From the NCBI GenBank assembly GCA_038087875.1, contig CM075989.1:14818001-14882000 (forward strand): a stretch of DNA of 64,000 nucleotides, read 5' to 3'. Both the position numbers and the translations under genes were made by a program. Positions 36,501 through 49,671 of the stretch are shown here, piece by piece; position 1 is the first letter of the stretch; every line of letters begins with the position of its first letter. The DNA is from Malacoraja senta (lineage: Eukaryota). The notes under the pieces were generated by a model. The model saw only the letters and a program-made list of their open reading frames with translations. It was not told where the DNA came from and searched no databases.

Positions 36501-38365
36501 TTGATTGCTAATTATGCCCGTCTTGTGACCATAAAACCACAAAAAGTGCATCAGGACAAAGTCAAAATTATCAAATCATCTTTTTTCCCCATTTGTATTC
36601 CAGAAACAGCCTAACAATGGATGCGCCAGAGCCGAAAAAAATCAGAACTGTGTCTTTTTCAAAAGATTTCAGTTGTGTCTGTATTGTACAGTATTTTTCA
36701 ATTTTATAATTGTAATTCTAAGCAAATGATAGATTCCATTGTCCAAATTGATTTGGACATATCATAGAAGTAGAGTAAGAATAATACAGTATGGAAAGAA
36801 GACCTTTGGCCCAACTCATCCACGTTGAACAAGGTGCCTTCCTGATCTCAAAACAAAATACTGGAGGGTCAAGCAGCAAGCATGGAAGGAAATGGACAGA
36901 CGACATTTCGAGTTGGGACCCTTTTTCAATCTGGATTTCCCTCCACAGATGCTGCCTGATCCACCGAGTTCCTCCAGCAGTTTGTGATTTCTTCAACATT
37001 CCACACTAGCATTCTTTTGTGTTACCTTCCTGAAGTATTCACTTGTTTGTATTTGGCCAATATCCCTCCAAGCATTTCCAATCTATGAACCTGACCAAGT
37101 CTTTTAAACGGCATGATCATTCTGGCGGCTCATTCAATATATTCACCGCCCTCTGTGTGAAAAGATATCATTTTAAATCTTTACCATTTCACCTTAAATC
37201 TATGCCTTAGATTTCTAGACTCCCTGACCCATGCAAAAAGATTGTAACTGTGCTCCTTATCTATGCCGCTCATGATTTTACAAACCTCGATAAGGTCACA
37301 TGTGAAGCACAATTTCACAGGTGCAATGATACATTTTACTAGACTAAGACGTCATTAACCAATTTGATAATTGCAACATAATAGTTTATTGTAATATTAC
37401 CAAATCATGATTTTTTTTTTGGTTCAGTTCAATATAAAATTATATTTATCAATAAAATACTTCAGGTTATATCTTGGAAATACTTTTGAAAAATGCAGGG
37501 CTATTATGGCATTATGACTATTAATAGATTATTTTAAAATAAAACCTGAACACCTTAATCCACCAAGAGTTATATTGTCTGCATTGGTGTTGGTCTAACC
37601 TTTTATTTACATCTTCAACTATTTGTCCTCAATGCTTTTATTGCTTATCGAATACTTCTATCGTGTCGAAAACATAGCTGACAGTTGAGTTAATTCCAGT
37701 CTTCCATCCTTGTCTTTTAACACTGTTTTACTATTTATATTCATTCATATATAACAGGATTCTCCTTTTAAACAAAATAAATATTTAATTGATTTAACAT
37801 TTTGTGTTTAGAAAAATTCCTAAAAGAACATGACAATATAGACAGTATCTTTCTCCGTTTACCCATTCCAAAGTATACGGTGTGGTGTTTTCAGAAAGAC
37901 TTTGCAACATCTTTCAAGACTTTATAACATTTATTTATTTTAAAATATAATATATGAATTAAAAGTAGTTTGCATTTAGTTGAATTATTCAAATTTACTA
38001 AATGCGCCATTGTTGCATTATTAATCTATTTCAATTCCTTGGGTGGTAAAATATCAAATTATAGGGTATTCCAAAACTTTATGAACATTTATTGTTGTTT
38101 GGCAAATATCAGAAGCATCAATGTCCATCTTAGACTGCTTACAAAAATGACAAAAATGAACAGGAAACATTAAAGATTAGACTCTTAGGGTAAAATAGCC
38201 ACAGCACAGAAACAGGCCCTTTGGCCCATCGAGTCTGTGCCAACCACCAAGCACCCAATTCTACTAATCCTAGTGTATTTAATTATCTACAAAATCCAAT
38301 CAGCCCTCTCTACCCTCAGATTCTACTCAATAGAATTCTACTTCTTACACCTATTCTACACAATA

Positions 38366-38590
38366 GGTGCAAGAAGGAACTGCAGATGCTGGTTTACACT
38401 GAAGACGGACACAAAATGCTGGAGTAACTCCGCAGGTCGGACAGCATCTCTGGAGAAAAGGAATAGGTGATGTTTCGGGTCAAGACCTTTCATCAGGATC
38501 TGAAGACGGATCTTGACCCAAAACATCACCTATTCTTTTTCTCCAGAGATGCTGCCTGACCTGCTGAGTTACTCCTGCATTTTCTGTCTA
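38366..38590. mobile_element. Palindromic Penelope pLTR insertion (two inverted arms) nested in a V-SINE, 11-bp TSD
   Basis: Arms at about 38408-38497 and 38499-38593 are inverted copies. TSD tctacacaata at 38355-38365 and 38591-38601. Confidence 0.8.
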
Positions 38591-39268
38591 TCTACACAAT
38601 ATTGATAATTTACAGCAACCAACTAACCTACCAACTTGTAAGTTTTTGAGAGATGGAAGGAAAATGGAACGCCGGGAGAAATCAGGAAGTCAAAGGGGGA
38701 ACGTGCAAACTCCTCACAGACAGGTCATGATTGAACCCAGGTCTTATTTGGTCCCAAAAAGTGCTGAACTAGTTTCTATAGTAAGTTTCTGTTCAACATA
38801 TTGACCGAGAAAACAAATAATTCCTCCTCTGTGCATTGGAAGAGTGACATATAAGGTCCCCGGTGCATGAAAATCTGTGATCTGGAACGGGTAACAAAGC
38901 GTGTGATTATTCTTAAAAACTTGTTTTTTGGTGGCAACATGGTAACCGCCAATCTTATTTAGATAAAGGAATAGAAATACATCTCCTTCGCTCTACCTAG
39001 TCAATGCTCAGCTCGCAAATGTTCATGAATCTAAAATAGCATTCAACTTTACTTCATGCAAGTAGAATAGCACCAATATTTAATGCTGACCATCTTATTT
39101 AAACATTGTCACCTTACGACAAATTCAGAATCCCCTGAGAAAGTCAAAAGATGCCTGGTTTTTGATGCTGTCATGAATTACAAATCTTTGTAAGTCTTAA
39201 CAAAAATGAAAAAGATAGAAATATGATAGTTAACTATCTATTAATCCGAGACATTTTTCATATTGCTT

Positions 39269-39378
39269 TCACAGTTCAGGAGGATTTCCTTGAATCACTC
39301 GACGTATCTTCTCTGCATCTGCTCGTATCGTAGTGTTGCTTGGGTTAATCTTGAGAGCTGCTTCATAATCTTGAAGAC
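39269..39378 (-). CDS. DNAAF4: DNAAF4 last coding exon (TPR end, stop TGA)
   Basis: [36 protein letters not shown]. Confidence 0.95.
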
Positions 39379-39822
39379 CTGTCAAAGTACAAATTAAAGC
39401 ATCTGCTGAAAAATATAAATAATGTAAATACCAAGACTTCAGGAACCGTCCACCTTGAATCGCTAGAGTAGACTCGCTTTAAAAAACAATTATTGATAAT
39501 GAGGGAGCTTCAGTCATCTTGGGCAAGGAAAAGGAAAAAAATAATCTGGGTTACATTTCCAGTTCAACAAGCAGCCCCAGATAGATGCGTTCCATTGTCA
39601 CTGAGCAATGACATTAAAGCTTGGTTATATCACATCTATCATCCTCACAAACATTAGTCCTCACAAGTTACAACACTACTTTCATAAAAGGAAACGTAAA
39701 GAGGAACAAATACTGAAAAAGTGATCACTAATGCAAGTAAATGTCTACGGTAGTATCCAATATTTCTAACTATATATGTCAACACAAATTTAATACACTT
39801 AAATTTTAAAAGATCCTCTTAC

Positions 39823-39928
39823 CCTCCACATACAATTCCAACTCACAAAATGCTGTCCCTCTTCTAACATGGGCCTTCAGTCTGCTATCAGCATTGTCTG
39901 GAACTGCAGGAGTTAATAAATCAAGTGC
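39823..39928 (-). CDS. DNAAF4: DNAAF4 coding exon 8 (TPR)
   Basis: [35 protein letters not shown], 106 nt. Confidence 0.95.
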
Positions 39929-40032
39929 CTATGAGAAAGAAAAAACTATTCAAAATTCAAACTGGAGCTAAGAAATAGATGGCTTTTAAAGTTTCAAAAA
40001 ATTATTTTCTAATTTTTTAAGTCTTGAGAGAA

Positions 40033-40757
40033 GAATGGTAGACTTTAAATTTGACAAACAAGTCAATGCTGTGGTAAAAGCTAGCTTCTTTCAGCTTCGG
40101 ACGATAGCTAAAATAAAACAATTCCTCCAGTTTGAAGACCTCGAAAAGATCATCCACACATTCATCTCCTCCCGCCTAGATTACTGCAACTCCCTTTACA
40201 CTGGCATCAGCCAATCTTCCCTGTCCCGCCTGCAACTGGTCCAAAACGCCGCAGCGAGACTCCTGAAGGGCACCCGAAAAAGGGACCACATCACCCCGAT
40301 CCTGGCCTCTCTCCACAGGCTCCCTGTGCGGTTCCGTATAAACTTCAAGATCCTCCTCCATGTCTACAAAGCCCTCAATGGGCTTGCCCCCACCTACATA
40401 AAAAGTCTTCTCACCCACCACTCCACCTCCAGGCCCCTCAGATCGGCCGACTTGGGGTTGCTGAATATCCCACGGTCTAGGCATAAGCTCAGGTGCGACC
40501 GCGCCTTTGCGGTTGCAGCCCCTAGACTGTGGAACAGCATCCCCTTTCCCATCAGAACTGCCCCCTCTTTTAAGTCAAGACTAAAGACTTATCTATACTC
40601 CCAAGCCTTTCCTGACGTCCTCCGAGTGAGGGCTACATGTATATATGTTTGTAGTTTGTTTTGTTTGTGCTATTCTTATAACAGATGTAAAGCACTTTGG
40701 CCAACGAGAGTTGTTTTTTAAATGTGCTATATAAATAAATGTGACTTGACTTGACTT
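40033..40757 (+). mobile_element. L2-clade LINE 3' fragment
   Basis: SRLDYCNSL...LQLVQNAAARL...HITPILASLH.LPV.FRI.FK, then AATAAA and a (GACTT)n tail. Confidence 0.9.
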
Positions 40758-42037
40758 AAACAATTGCTTTGTCCAAGACTTCAAGAAATTGCAGTGTAGT
40801 GAATGAAGCCCAGTCCATCATGCAAACCAGCCTGCCCCTGTTGACTCGATCGCCACTTCACATGCTGCCTTGGGAATGTAGCCAACATAATCAAGGACCA
40901 CTCACACTCCGGTCATTCCATCTTCTCCCCTCACCCATCAGGCATTGCATACAAAAGCTTGAAAGCACATATTACCAGATTCAAGAACAGCGTCTTCCTC
41001 ACTATTATTAGACGCTTAAACGGACCTCTTATCTGCTAGGGATGAATTCCCAATCTTCCAAACTATCACACTGTGGCCCCTGCACTTAAAAAAAAATCTG
41101 CACTTTCTTTGTATATTATGCACTGTTTATTTTCTCTTTTACACTTCCTCATGTACTCATGCCTGGATAGCACGCAAAATAAAGTTATTCAATATATTTC
41201 ACGCGTGTGGCAATAATAATAATGAACCAATAAATGCATTTATGATTTCATCACCTTTAAGATATACAACAACGACCAGCATTATCTTTTGGAGGATATT
41301 TCTGTACAGAACAACTGACACATAGCAGTTGATTTTACTTACAGCAATGTAGCATTGTTAATAATCTAGTTGTCACACCATGTGTAGGAGCAGAGTATTG
41401 CATCACTTCAAAGATAAATCTCATTAACATGTAGCACTCAACATTGCCAGCCTCAGCACACATGGGTAGTTAGAAGGATTCTGAATATTTTGTGGAACCC
41501 AGATAAGTATTTTTGCCCCATTTGGTCAGCAAGAAAGCACAGTAAAAGATGTTTTTAAACTTACTTTCCCAGGCCTCTTATGAGCAGCAACTCTTCCTCT
41601 CTGACCTGACAAATATTTTGTTACCGTTCCCACACTCAGGCTACGGGTTAAAATAGCAAATCTGGTCCCGTTGACATAATTGGAACTTAATGTGCAAATT
41701 TTAAAGAGGACCTGACCACTTTTGCCTGGAAGCCATTATTATTTACAATGTAGTAAGCTGCATAATGAAAAGTAAAGGAATGAATAGGTGATCTACACGC
41801 TATCCTCTATGAGAACGAAATATAATTCACAAAAACACAAAAGGGAAAATGAGCAGAAAAGCATAAAAAGCATAACAAATTTAGTCTTATTTTGTTGAAT
41901 AATGCAGGAGACCTTGGGTTGTTATGACCAATCCAAAATCAAAAACTCAGTTGACAGAGCAGGATTCTAAATTTAAATAGAAACGGAATCATGATTAATC
42001 TTTGCTATTTTTCTGAATCCGATTTGCAAGAACTAAC

Positions 42038-42191
42038 CTTGGAACAGTCTTCAAGGGTTTTGTGTAAATTTCTTAGCTTAAGGTGGGTTGCAGCCCGATT
42101 TAGATACAAAGCTGGAAGTTTGTTGTTCAATCTTATTCCCAAATTATAAGCATTAATAGCTGCAAGATAATCTCCTGAAGCAAACAGCTTG
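42038..42191 (-). CDS. DNAAF4: DNAAF4 coding exon 7 (TPR)
   Basis: [51 protein letters not shown], 154 nt. Confidence 0.95.
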
Positions 42192-43138
42192 CTGAAAAAG
42201 GAAGACAATGTTTGAGCAACCATGATAAGCTGATCTATAGCTCATTGCAGAACAGTTAATCAGATCTTCATAGATCAGAAAAAGGGAAACAACCATAAGT
42301 TGTGATATTTCACTCCAGTTAATAGCAAACTACAATCCCCATGTCCCCAAATATCTTTTTGACTGTACACATATAATAGCCAGATCATCATTCTTGTAAA
42401 GGATTGGCACCATCATAGAACATAGAATAGTACAATGCAGGAATGGGCTCTTCAGCCCACCATGCCTGTGCCAACCAGATGCTAATCTAAACTAATCACA
42501 TCTGTCTGCACATGCTTTGCATCCCTCTATTCCCCAGCTGTTCATGTGTCTGTCTAAAGGCCTCCTAAATATTACTATCGTATCTATTTCTACCAGCTAT
42601 CCTGACTGCAGTTTCCAGGCACCATCACTCTTTGTGTAAATAATTTGCATAGTAAATTGCATTTAAACTTCCCCCCACTCAGTTTATACCTGTGGCCAAG
42701 TATTTGTCATTTCTACTCTATCTATGTCTCAACTTTTCTGTAGATCACAAAAAAAACATATGGAAATGATAGAATCTAATCAGGAGTGATTTTAATCAAG
42801 CGGACAGAAAAAATAACAGTGGAAAATCTGGAATGTGGTGTATATTTATATTTTAATATATTCTATCAGTGGTACTGTTGCCCAAGGTGGAAGGTTATGG
42901 GCCCATCATATCTTCATATGATCTTTAGGCATGCAGTTTTGGCAAGATTTGCTGTATAATGATTAAAAGAAGAAACTCTGGATAATTTTCCCTTTTGCAA
43001 TCCAAAGTTATAACAACTCTTTTTGACTCCCCATGGGTCAGCTTGGGTAAGAGCAGTTAGCTTTATCAGCAAAGGCTGGGATTTTTTCTGGGACATACAT
43101 GAGTTATTTGACTCACTTTGATACACCTGGCCAGGTAT

Positions 43139-43433
43139 AGAAACATAGAAACATAGAAATTAGGTGCAGGAGTAGGCCATTCGGCCCTTCGAGCCTGCAC
43201 CGCCATTCAATATGATCATGGCTGATCATCCAACTCAGTATCCCGTACCTGCCTTCTCTCCATACCCTCTGATCCCTTTAGCCACAAGGGCCACATCTAA
43301 CTCCCTCTTAAATATAGCCAATGAACTGGCCTCGACTACCCTCTGTGGCAGAGAGTTCCAGAGATTCACCACTCTCTGTGTGAAAAAAGTTCTTCTCATC
43401 TCGGTTTTAAAGGATTTCCCCCTTATCCTTAAG
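43139..43433 (-). mobile_element. Young CR1 3' fragment, near-identical to 3307-3612
   Basis: One visible mismatch over about 290 bp versus the copy at 3307, with the same (CTATGTTT)n tail. Confidence 0.9.
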
Positions 43434-43478
43434 TATTGTAGGAATGAGGACATAAGTAAAAATGTTTTCATAACTTAC

Positions 43479-43588
43479 TTCCCTTTGTCCTTCAGCCATT
43501 CTGGATTTTTTTCTTCCTCTTTTAAATCTTTAAGATCAGGGGCATCTGCATTATTGGCTCGCCTAGCTTCTGCTTGTTTTCTTAACCA
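43479..43588 (-). CDS. DNAAF4: DNAAF4 coding exon 6
   Basis: [36 protein letters not shown], 110 nt. Confidence 0.95.
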
Positions 43589-45122
43589 CTGTAAATAGAA
43601 AAAGAAAAATAGTTCATGACCAATGGATCTTAACTGCCATGGATCATTCGGATTATTAATTAAATATAATCATGAATTCACAGCACACAATCAGGCCCTT
43701 CAGCACACCATGTCCATGTTGTCCATCAAGTTCTCATCTATACTAGTCCCATGTATCACCATTTGGTCTGTGGCCTTTCATGCTCTGGCAATTAAACTGT
43801 TCATTCAAATATATCTTAAATGTTCTGAGAGTATCTGTCTCCACTGTCCCCACTGGCAGTGCACTCCAGATTATTATCACCCACTGGATGAAAGAAGTTC
43901 CTTCTCCAATCTCCTCAAATCACCGCTATGGGGAAAGGTTTCCTCATACCTATCCTCATACCTATCCTACCTATACTTTCATAACTTTGTATACATTCAC
44001 ATGGTTTCCCCATCACACTCTGCACCAGCAAAATAAACCCAGCCCATACAGTCTTGGCTCATAGCTAAAATGCTTCACCCCAGGCAACATTCTTGTGAAG
44101 TAAGGAACTCCACATGCGGTGACTAACTATCCGCATTTTGTGACTAACTATCTTGTGAATCTCCTCTGCACTTACTCCATTGCTGTCAAGTCTTTCCTAC
44201 TATCGTGTGACAACAAGAACTGCACTTAGTACTCGAGCTGTAACCTACCTGCCCTTAAATTATATGCTACAGCCAGTGAAAGCAAATATTCCAAGCAATT
44301 TCTTCACCACTTTATCTACTTATGCTGCAGCCTTCAGAGATCTTTGAACTTGCCTGCGAAAGCCCCCCACCCCCGTTCGTTATTCCACCCCAAGTGCCTG
44401 CTATGCTTTGAGGAGGCACCTTATTAGTCCTTGCAAGCTGCAGACACCTCTTGTTATCAATATTAAATTTCATCTTCCATTGCACTGCCCATTCTACCAA
44501 CAGATCAATTACATCCTGTAGCCTATGACTATTTGCCTCATTGTCAACGACACTGCCGATTTTCATATAATCTGCAAACTTAATAATCAGAACACTAACA
44601 TTCAAAACCAAATTATTGAGAAGATTATTTGCAACAGTGAGATGTGAAATAGATGAAAGAAACATTTGTGTGCAAGTTTAATTATAGCACTCCTGCACAT
44701 CTTCCCTAGGTCACAACATACCAGCACCAGCAAAGGCCCAGAGCAGTCTCAATTCTTGTACTGTGGATGGGAAATCGCATGTGGATTCAAAGAGGGACAA
44801 AAAAGGTAACCAAACTGTAAAAGAATCAGCTACACACATTGTTCAATCACAATTCATACTCTGAAATGCTACATTTTCTTTTACTTCCCTTTTTCCAAAA
44901 TGACATATTTTTATAGAAATTAACAGAAAATAGTAAGCTCCATTTATTCCATTTTATTTGAACAGTCATCTGAAAATCAATACCTTAATCAAATATATCA
45001 GTTTCCAAATGGACATGATTAACTATGTACAAACAAATGTTTCAAAACTTGTGGATTAATAAAACAAGTTTTCCTGAAATCAACTTCTAAATGTGTTTGA
45101 AGCATTTTCACAGAATCCTTAC

Positions 45123-45265
45123 CTCCTCTTCCTCAGCAAAGAGGGATTCTCGCAGCGCAGTAGGAAAAACCCGTGGTGTGAATTGTATTTGTATAGTGCC
45201 CGCTGAACGTGGACATGGTATGATTTTTCCCATCGTGTTTTCAGTAAATATATCGCCAGCATTGC
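45123..45265 (-). CDS. DNAAF4: DNAAF4 coding exon 5 (DYX region)
   Basis: [33 protein letters not shown], 143 nt. Confidence 0.95.
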
Positions 45266-46529
45266 CTGCAATTAAATCCTGATTAGAAGTTTATCATCAA
45301 ATACCATACTGTAAATTTGACCTTTTAAAAAAAAACAGGTGTATGATCTATAAAATAAACAAAAGGCAACATATTTCTATTTGGTATAGATATTTCAAGA
45401 AATAATCTCTTTCTTGTGCTTAAGATATAAAACAAGGAATTTGATCAAGCAATAGGATCTGCCTATACTATGCATGAAACTAGAGCTACTTTTACAGCCC
45501 TATTTAATCTTTGCTGATAATGCGGTCTTGACATTCAAACTCAGTTAAACATTGACCACATCCAAGAAGCTGATAAATCCTAATTAGACGAATAAAGAGA
45601 GCCAATTGCTAGATCTAGGCAGCACTCTCTGCCTACTAGATCGCCTGAAAAGTTGACAAATATAGGACTTCCAGCACCAGAACTCTTTAATGAAACATTC
45701 GCCGACAACACAAATATTTATTCTGCTCATTTAGCAAGCAGCTTTATCAGCCATGCCATGATAAATCTGGATATTGGGCAAATTGAAAGGAATCAACCAG
45801 AGCAACAATGGATGGCAGTGACCAGGATAGCACTTGAGCAGGAGAAAACAATTATCAGAATAAGCATGCAAAACTCCAATAGCACCACCATTTATAAAGT
45901 GGTGACAAATTCAATGCCATAACATGTCCCAAGGGCACTAAACACAAGAAGCTGTCAAAAAGGTAGAGTTAAAGGAGTGTCATCAAGAAGAAAAGGAAGG
46001 CAGAGAGGTTTGGGGGGGAAAATGCCAGAGATTAGAAACTGGCAAACTGCCAGTGATGGGATAATTCAAGAGACCAGGGATAGTAGGGATAGTAAAAATA
46101 AGTGAAACCTCAGAAACATTTCAAAACCTGTACAAGAATTTTAAAGATTTAGGTGTTGCTTTGGTTTTCAGTGGTTTCAACGTAATTGTACCAATAAACT
46201 ATTATCAGCTACCTTATTTAACCAAGGTTAGATAAGGCAGAACTAAAACAGAATGCTATAACAACTTAGCAGGTCCAGCAGCATCTATGAAAGACTAAGG
46301 TATATGTCGTCATTTTGGGTTAAGTCCCTGTATCGGAACTAAGAGGGAACAGGAAAAATTGTTGGTACAAAGGGAGAGGTGATTGATGGAGCCAAGTGAA
46401 GAGGGGATAATGGGAAGATGGAACCAGGGGGATGGGATGGGGGGGGGGTGGTAGGGTGGGGGGGGGGGGGCTTAGCTTTGCAAGAAGAAATAAATTGGAA
46501 CAAGGCAAACTACAACATTGTTATGCAGG

Positions 46530-46609
46530 TAGACACAAAATGCTGGAGTAACTCAGCGGGTCAGGCAGCATCTCTGGGTGACGTTTCGGGTCGTGACCCT
46601 TCTTCAGAC
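46530..46609 (-). mobile_element. 80-bp Penelope-derived mini-insertion, 8-bp TSD
   Basis: TSD tatgcagg at 46522-46529 and 46610-46617. Confidence 0.75.
46580..46607 (-). ncRNA. Minimal type I hammerhead ribozyme motif (best preserved copy)
   Basis: CUGAAGA-A-GGGUC-AC-GACCC-GAAAC-GUC: conserved core, stem II, palindromic ACGU in place of stem III, and a GUC triplet. Confidence 0.65.
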
Positions 46610-47539
46610 TATGCAGGAGTTAGGGAGGGTACACTGGGCACAGTTGTTATTGGGCAAGTCCACATTAGGCACGTGGCAGTCATTTAAAGGCCAGTTCATT
46701 GACATTCAGAACAAACATGTTTCAGTAAGGAGGAGGGAAAAGGATGGCAAAGTAAGGAAACCTTGGATAACCAAAGAAAAAGGAAGCACTTGAAAGGAAG
46801 AGGATGGAATCAGACAGGACCTTTGAGGAATGTAAAGAAAGGAGGAGAGAACTTAAGCGGCTGATTTGAAGGGCCAAAAGGGGCCATGAATTAGCTTTGG
46901 CATGTCTGATTAAAGAAAATCACAAAGCTCTTTGTATATATTTTAGACACAAGAGGGTAATCGTGGAAAAGGTAGGAATGCTCAAGTATAAAGGAAGGAA
47001 TTTGTGCTTAGAGTCTGTGGATGTAGATGGGGGAGGTGGGGGAAGAGGGGAGTTGGGGCAACAGAAGGTGTGGGAGGAGGAGGGGGTGGGGAGAGCCCCG
47101 GCTTCGGTCCTTCAGATCGTCACCCCTCGCCCTACTCCCCCATTTACTCCTATTTCTTCTATGTTAATAACCATTGTCCTTCACATGGCACTTTCTTGTG
47201 TAATGCAACATCTATCCGTTTACATTCTCTATTTGCAACATCCAGGGGCCTGAAATTATTTTCACTTGAAGGAACTTTTTACTTGTAAACCTCACAATAT
47301 AGTAAACCTTTTACTTATAAACCTCCTCGTGATGTAGTCTTCCTAACACTGGGGAAACTAAATGTGGATTGGATCACTTTACTGCTCATAGGGACCATCT
47401 TTTATTAGTGGTTTTGAGAAAAAAAACATTTTAAATTATTTTTATTGATTCTCTGTGGATAAGGCAAACTCAACAGCCAGCAATCTGGTTAAGAACTTAG
47501 ATTGCCTCTGTATTTATCATTGATATGAAATAGGCTTAC

Positions 47540-47789
47540 CTCCTTTGAGAGAGTGCTTGTGTGGTGCTTGTGAGGCAGAATTTTGTACTTTATTTTTGCT
47601 TTTCTTCTTCTGTTCTGCCTCAGCTTTTTGCCTTGCAATCTTTATTTCCTCCTTTCTCTTTAGTTCCACTTTTCTCTTTAGTTCCTCTTCTTCACACTTC
47701 TGAAGTTTCCACTTTTCTAATTCTTCAGTGGCTTTTCTTTGCTCTTGTCTTTTCAATTCTTCAATCTGTTCTCTATTCTTGTCCTCTAT
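47540..47789 (-). CDS. DNAAF4: DNAAF4 coding exon 4 (charged coiled coil)
   Basis: IEDKNREQIEELKRQEQRKATEELEKWK..., 250 nt, phase 0-1. Confidence 0.93.
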
Positions 47790-48781
47790 CTGTAACGTTT
47801 TAGCACAAATGCATACTTCTTAACGCAATTTTATATAGGCATCCAATCACAATTTTCTATATTTTGCAAGCATCCCATGGACTCAAAATGCACATTCAAA
47901 GTTAAATTCGAGTTTCATCTGATAACAAATAACATCATTCTTTAATTTTGAAATAAAGTTTAGATGCATCTAGCACAATAAGGTCAGTTTATTGTCACAG
48001 GTACCAATTAAGGTACAGTGAAATTCGAAGAAGCGCATTTTTCATCTTGTTTGGAGACATGATAGAAAGACTGGCTGGACTGGGAACAATAAATAGCTGC
48101 ATTTTCCCCTTTATAAAGTGATCAGAGTTTTCAGTTTTGATCAATTTAAACACAGGGAAATGCAGCAATTAAAACAGTAAGTGCAATAAAATCAGAAAAT
48201 GCTGGAAACAATCAGACAACTGTAAGCAAAGTTTTGACAGAATCTGGAAATCCAGCTGCCTGTCATTTGCTTCCAGTTACATTTTGATTAGGTGGTCATT
48301 TTTTAACAATACCATCAACAAAACCGGACAAAAAGTGTAGTTGTCACAATTGCATCATAGTTTCATTTACCTTCTTTTAAGTCATCTTATTGTGCTGTTT
48401 GAACTGGCATTTTCCACAGCTGAACCAGGTTAGTAGCATTGGTACCACTTTACACTACAATTTTTAAAATTATATTTTTTCTTAACCTGCTATTATATTC
48501 ATTATATGACGAGGAATAACTAGAACAGAAAATGTGTGAAATCTTTAGGTGGCAGAATGGATTTGTTTTTCTCAGCTTTCTATATTACAGATCTACTTTG
48601 TGGCCAACCATCTTGAGTAGTACACTTAAAGCGTTACTATTTGTGTTTGCTAAATTGCATGTTTTATTTGAATTTTAATGAAACGAGTAGTTCGTACAAA
48701 TGTCTTGACTGACCTCTTGTGCATCAAAGTACCTGTCCATAATGGAAAAAAAGAAATATTCGACATGTTCAACAATATCAC

Positions 48782-48915
48782 CTTCATCATCTTTTCCAAT
48801 GAGTACTTCTCATTTTCTCGCTTTTTAACTGCTTTTTCTTTTACAGCTTCTTGTGCCTTCTCTTGAGCAGCAAGAATGGCATGCTCCCTCTTTTTTCGCA
48901 ACTTTTCCTTATCAA
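48782..48915 (-). CDS. DNAAF4: DNAAF4 coding exon 3
   Basis: VDKEKLRKKREHAILAAQEKAQE...KYSLEKMMK, 134 nt. Confidence 0.95.
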
Positions 48916-49523
48916 CTATCAAAGCAAAGTCAAAATGATTCAGAGTTACCAGGGTTTAATAATCAACACAGTTTTTGTGTTTCACACAAATTTATTTTCA
49001 TCCGGTCTACATGCTGCTTGGATTAGAGGGTGTTAGAGGCCGCAGCAAGTACGAATTTCATTGTTCTATCTCGGACACATGACAATAAAACACTCTTGGC
49101 TACAAGGTACAAAGAGAGGTTGGACAAACGGAGCATCGGAGGCTGAGAGGAGACCTGATAGAAGTATATAAAATCATGAGAGGTATAGATAGATGAAACA
49201 GTCAAAATCTTGTTTCAAAGACTAGAGGGCATAGCTTTAAGGTGAAAGGGGGAAAGTTTAAAGATATGTGGGGCAAGTTTTGTTTTACACAGATAGTCTG
49301 TAATGTGCTGCCAGGCGTGGTGGTGGAGGCAGACACGATAGTGGTGTTTCAGAGACTTTTAGATAGGCACATGGCTAATGGAGGGATATGGATCATGTAT
49401 AGGCAGAGGAGATCAATTTAAACTGGCAGCATTTTCAGCACGGTCATTGTGAGGCAAAGACCTTCCCATGTTGTACTGTTTTATTTTCTATGTACGAAGA
49501 GAAATAGTTAATACTCCCCTCAC

Positions 49524-49671
49524 CTTCAACTGTTGTAAGTTGTTCCCACATTGTAGATTCTTTTTTGTACAAGGTGAAAATGACAACACCATTGCCAACT
49601 TTAGCTGAGCTTTTTGATTCATCAATAGAAGCATATAACAGCACTTCAAAGAGAAATGGAGGGAAGTTCAC
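49524..49671 (-). CDS. DNAAF4: DNAAF4 coding exon 2 (CS/p23 domain)
   Basis: [45 protein letters not shown], 148 nt. Confidence 0.96.
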
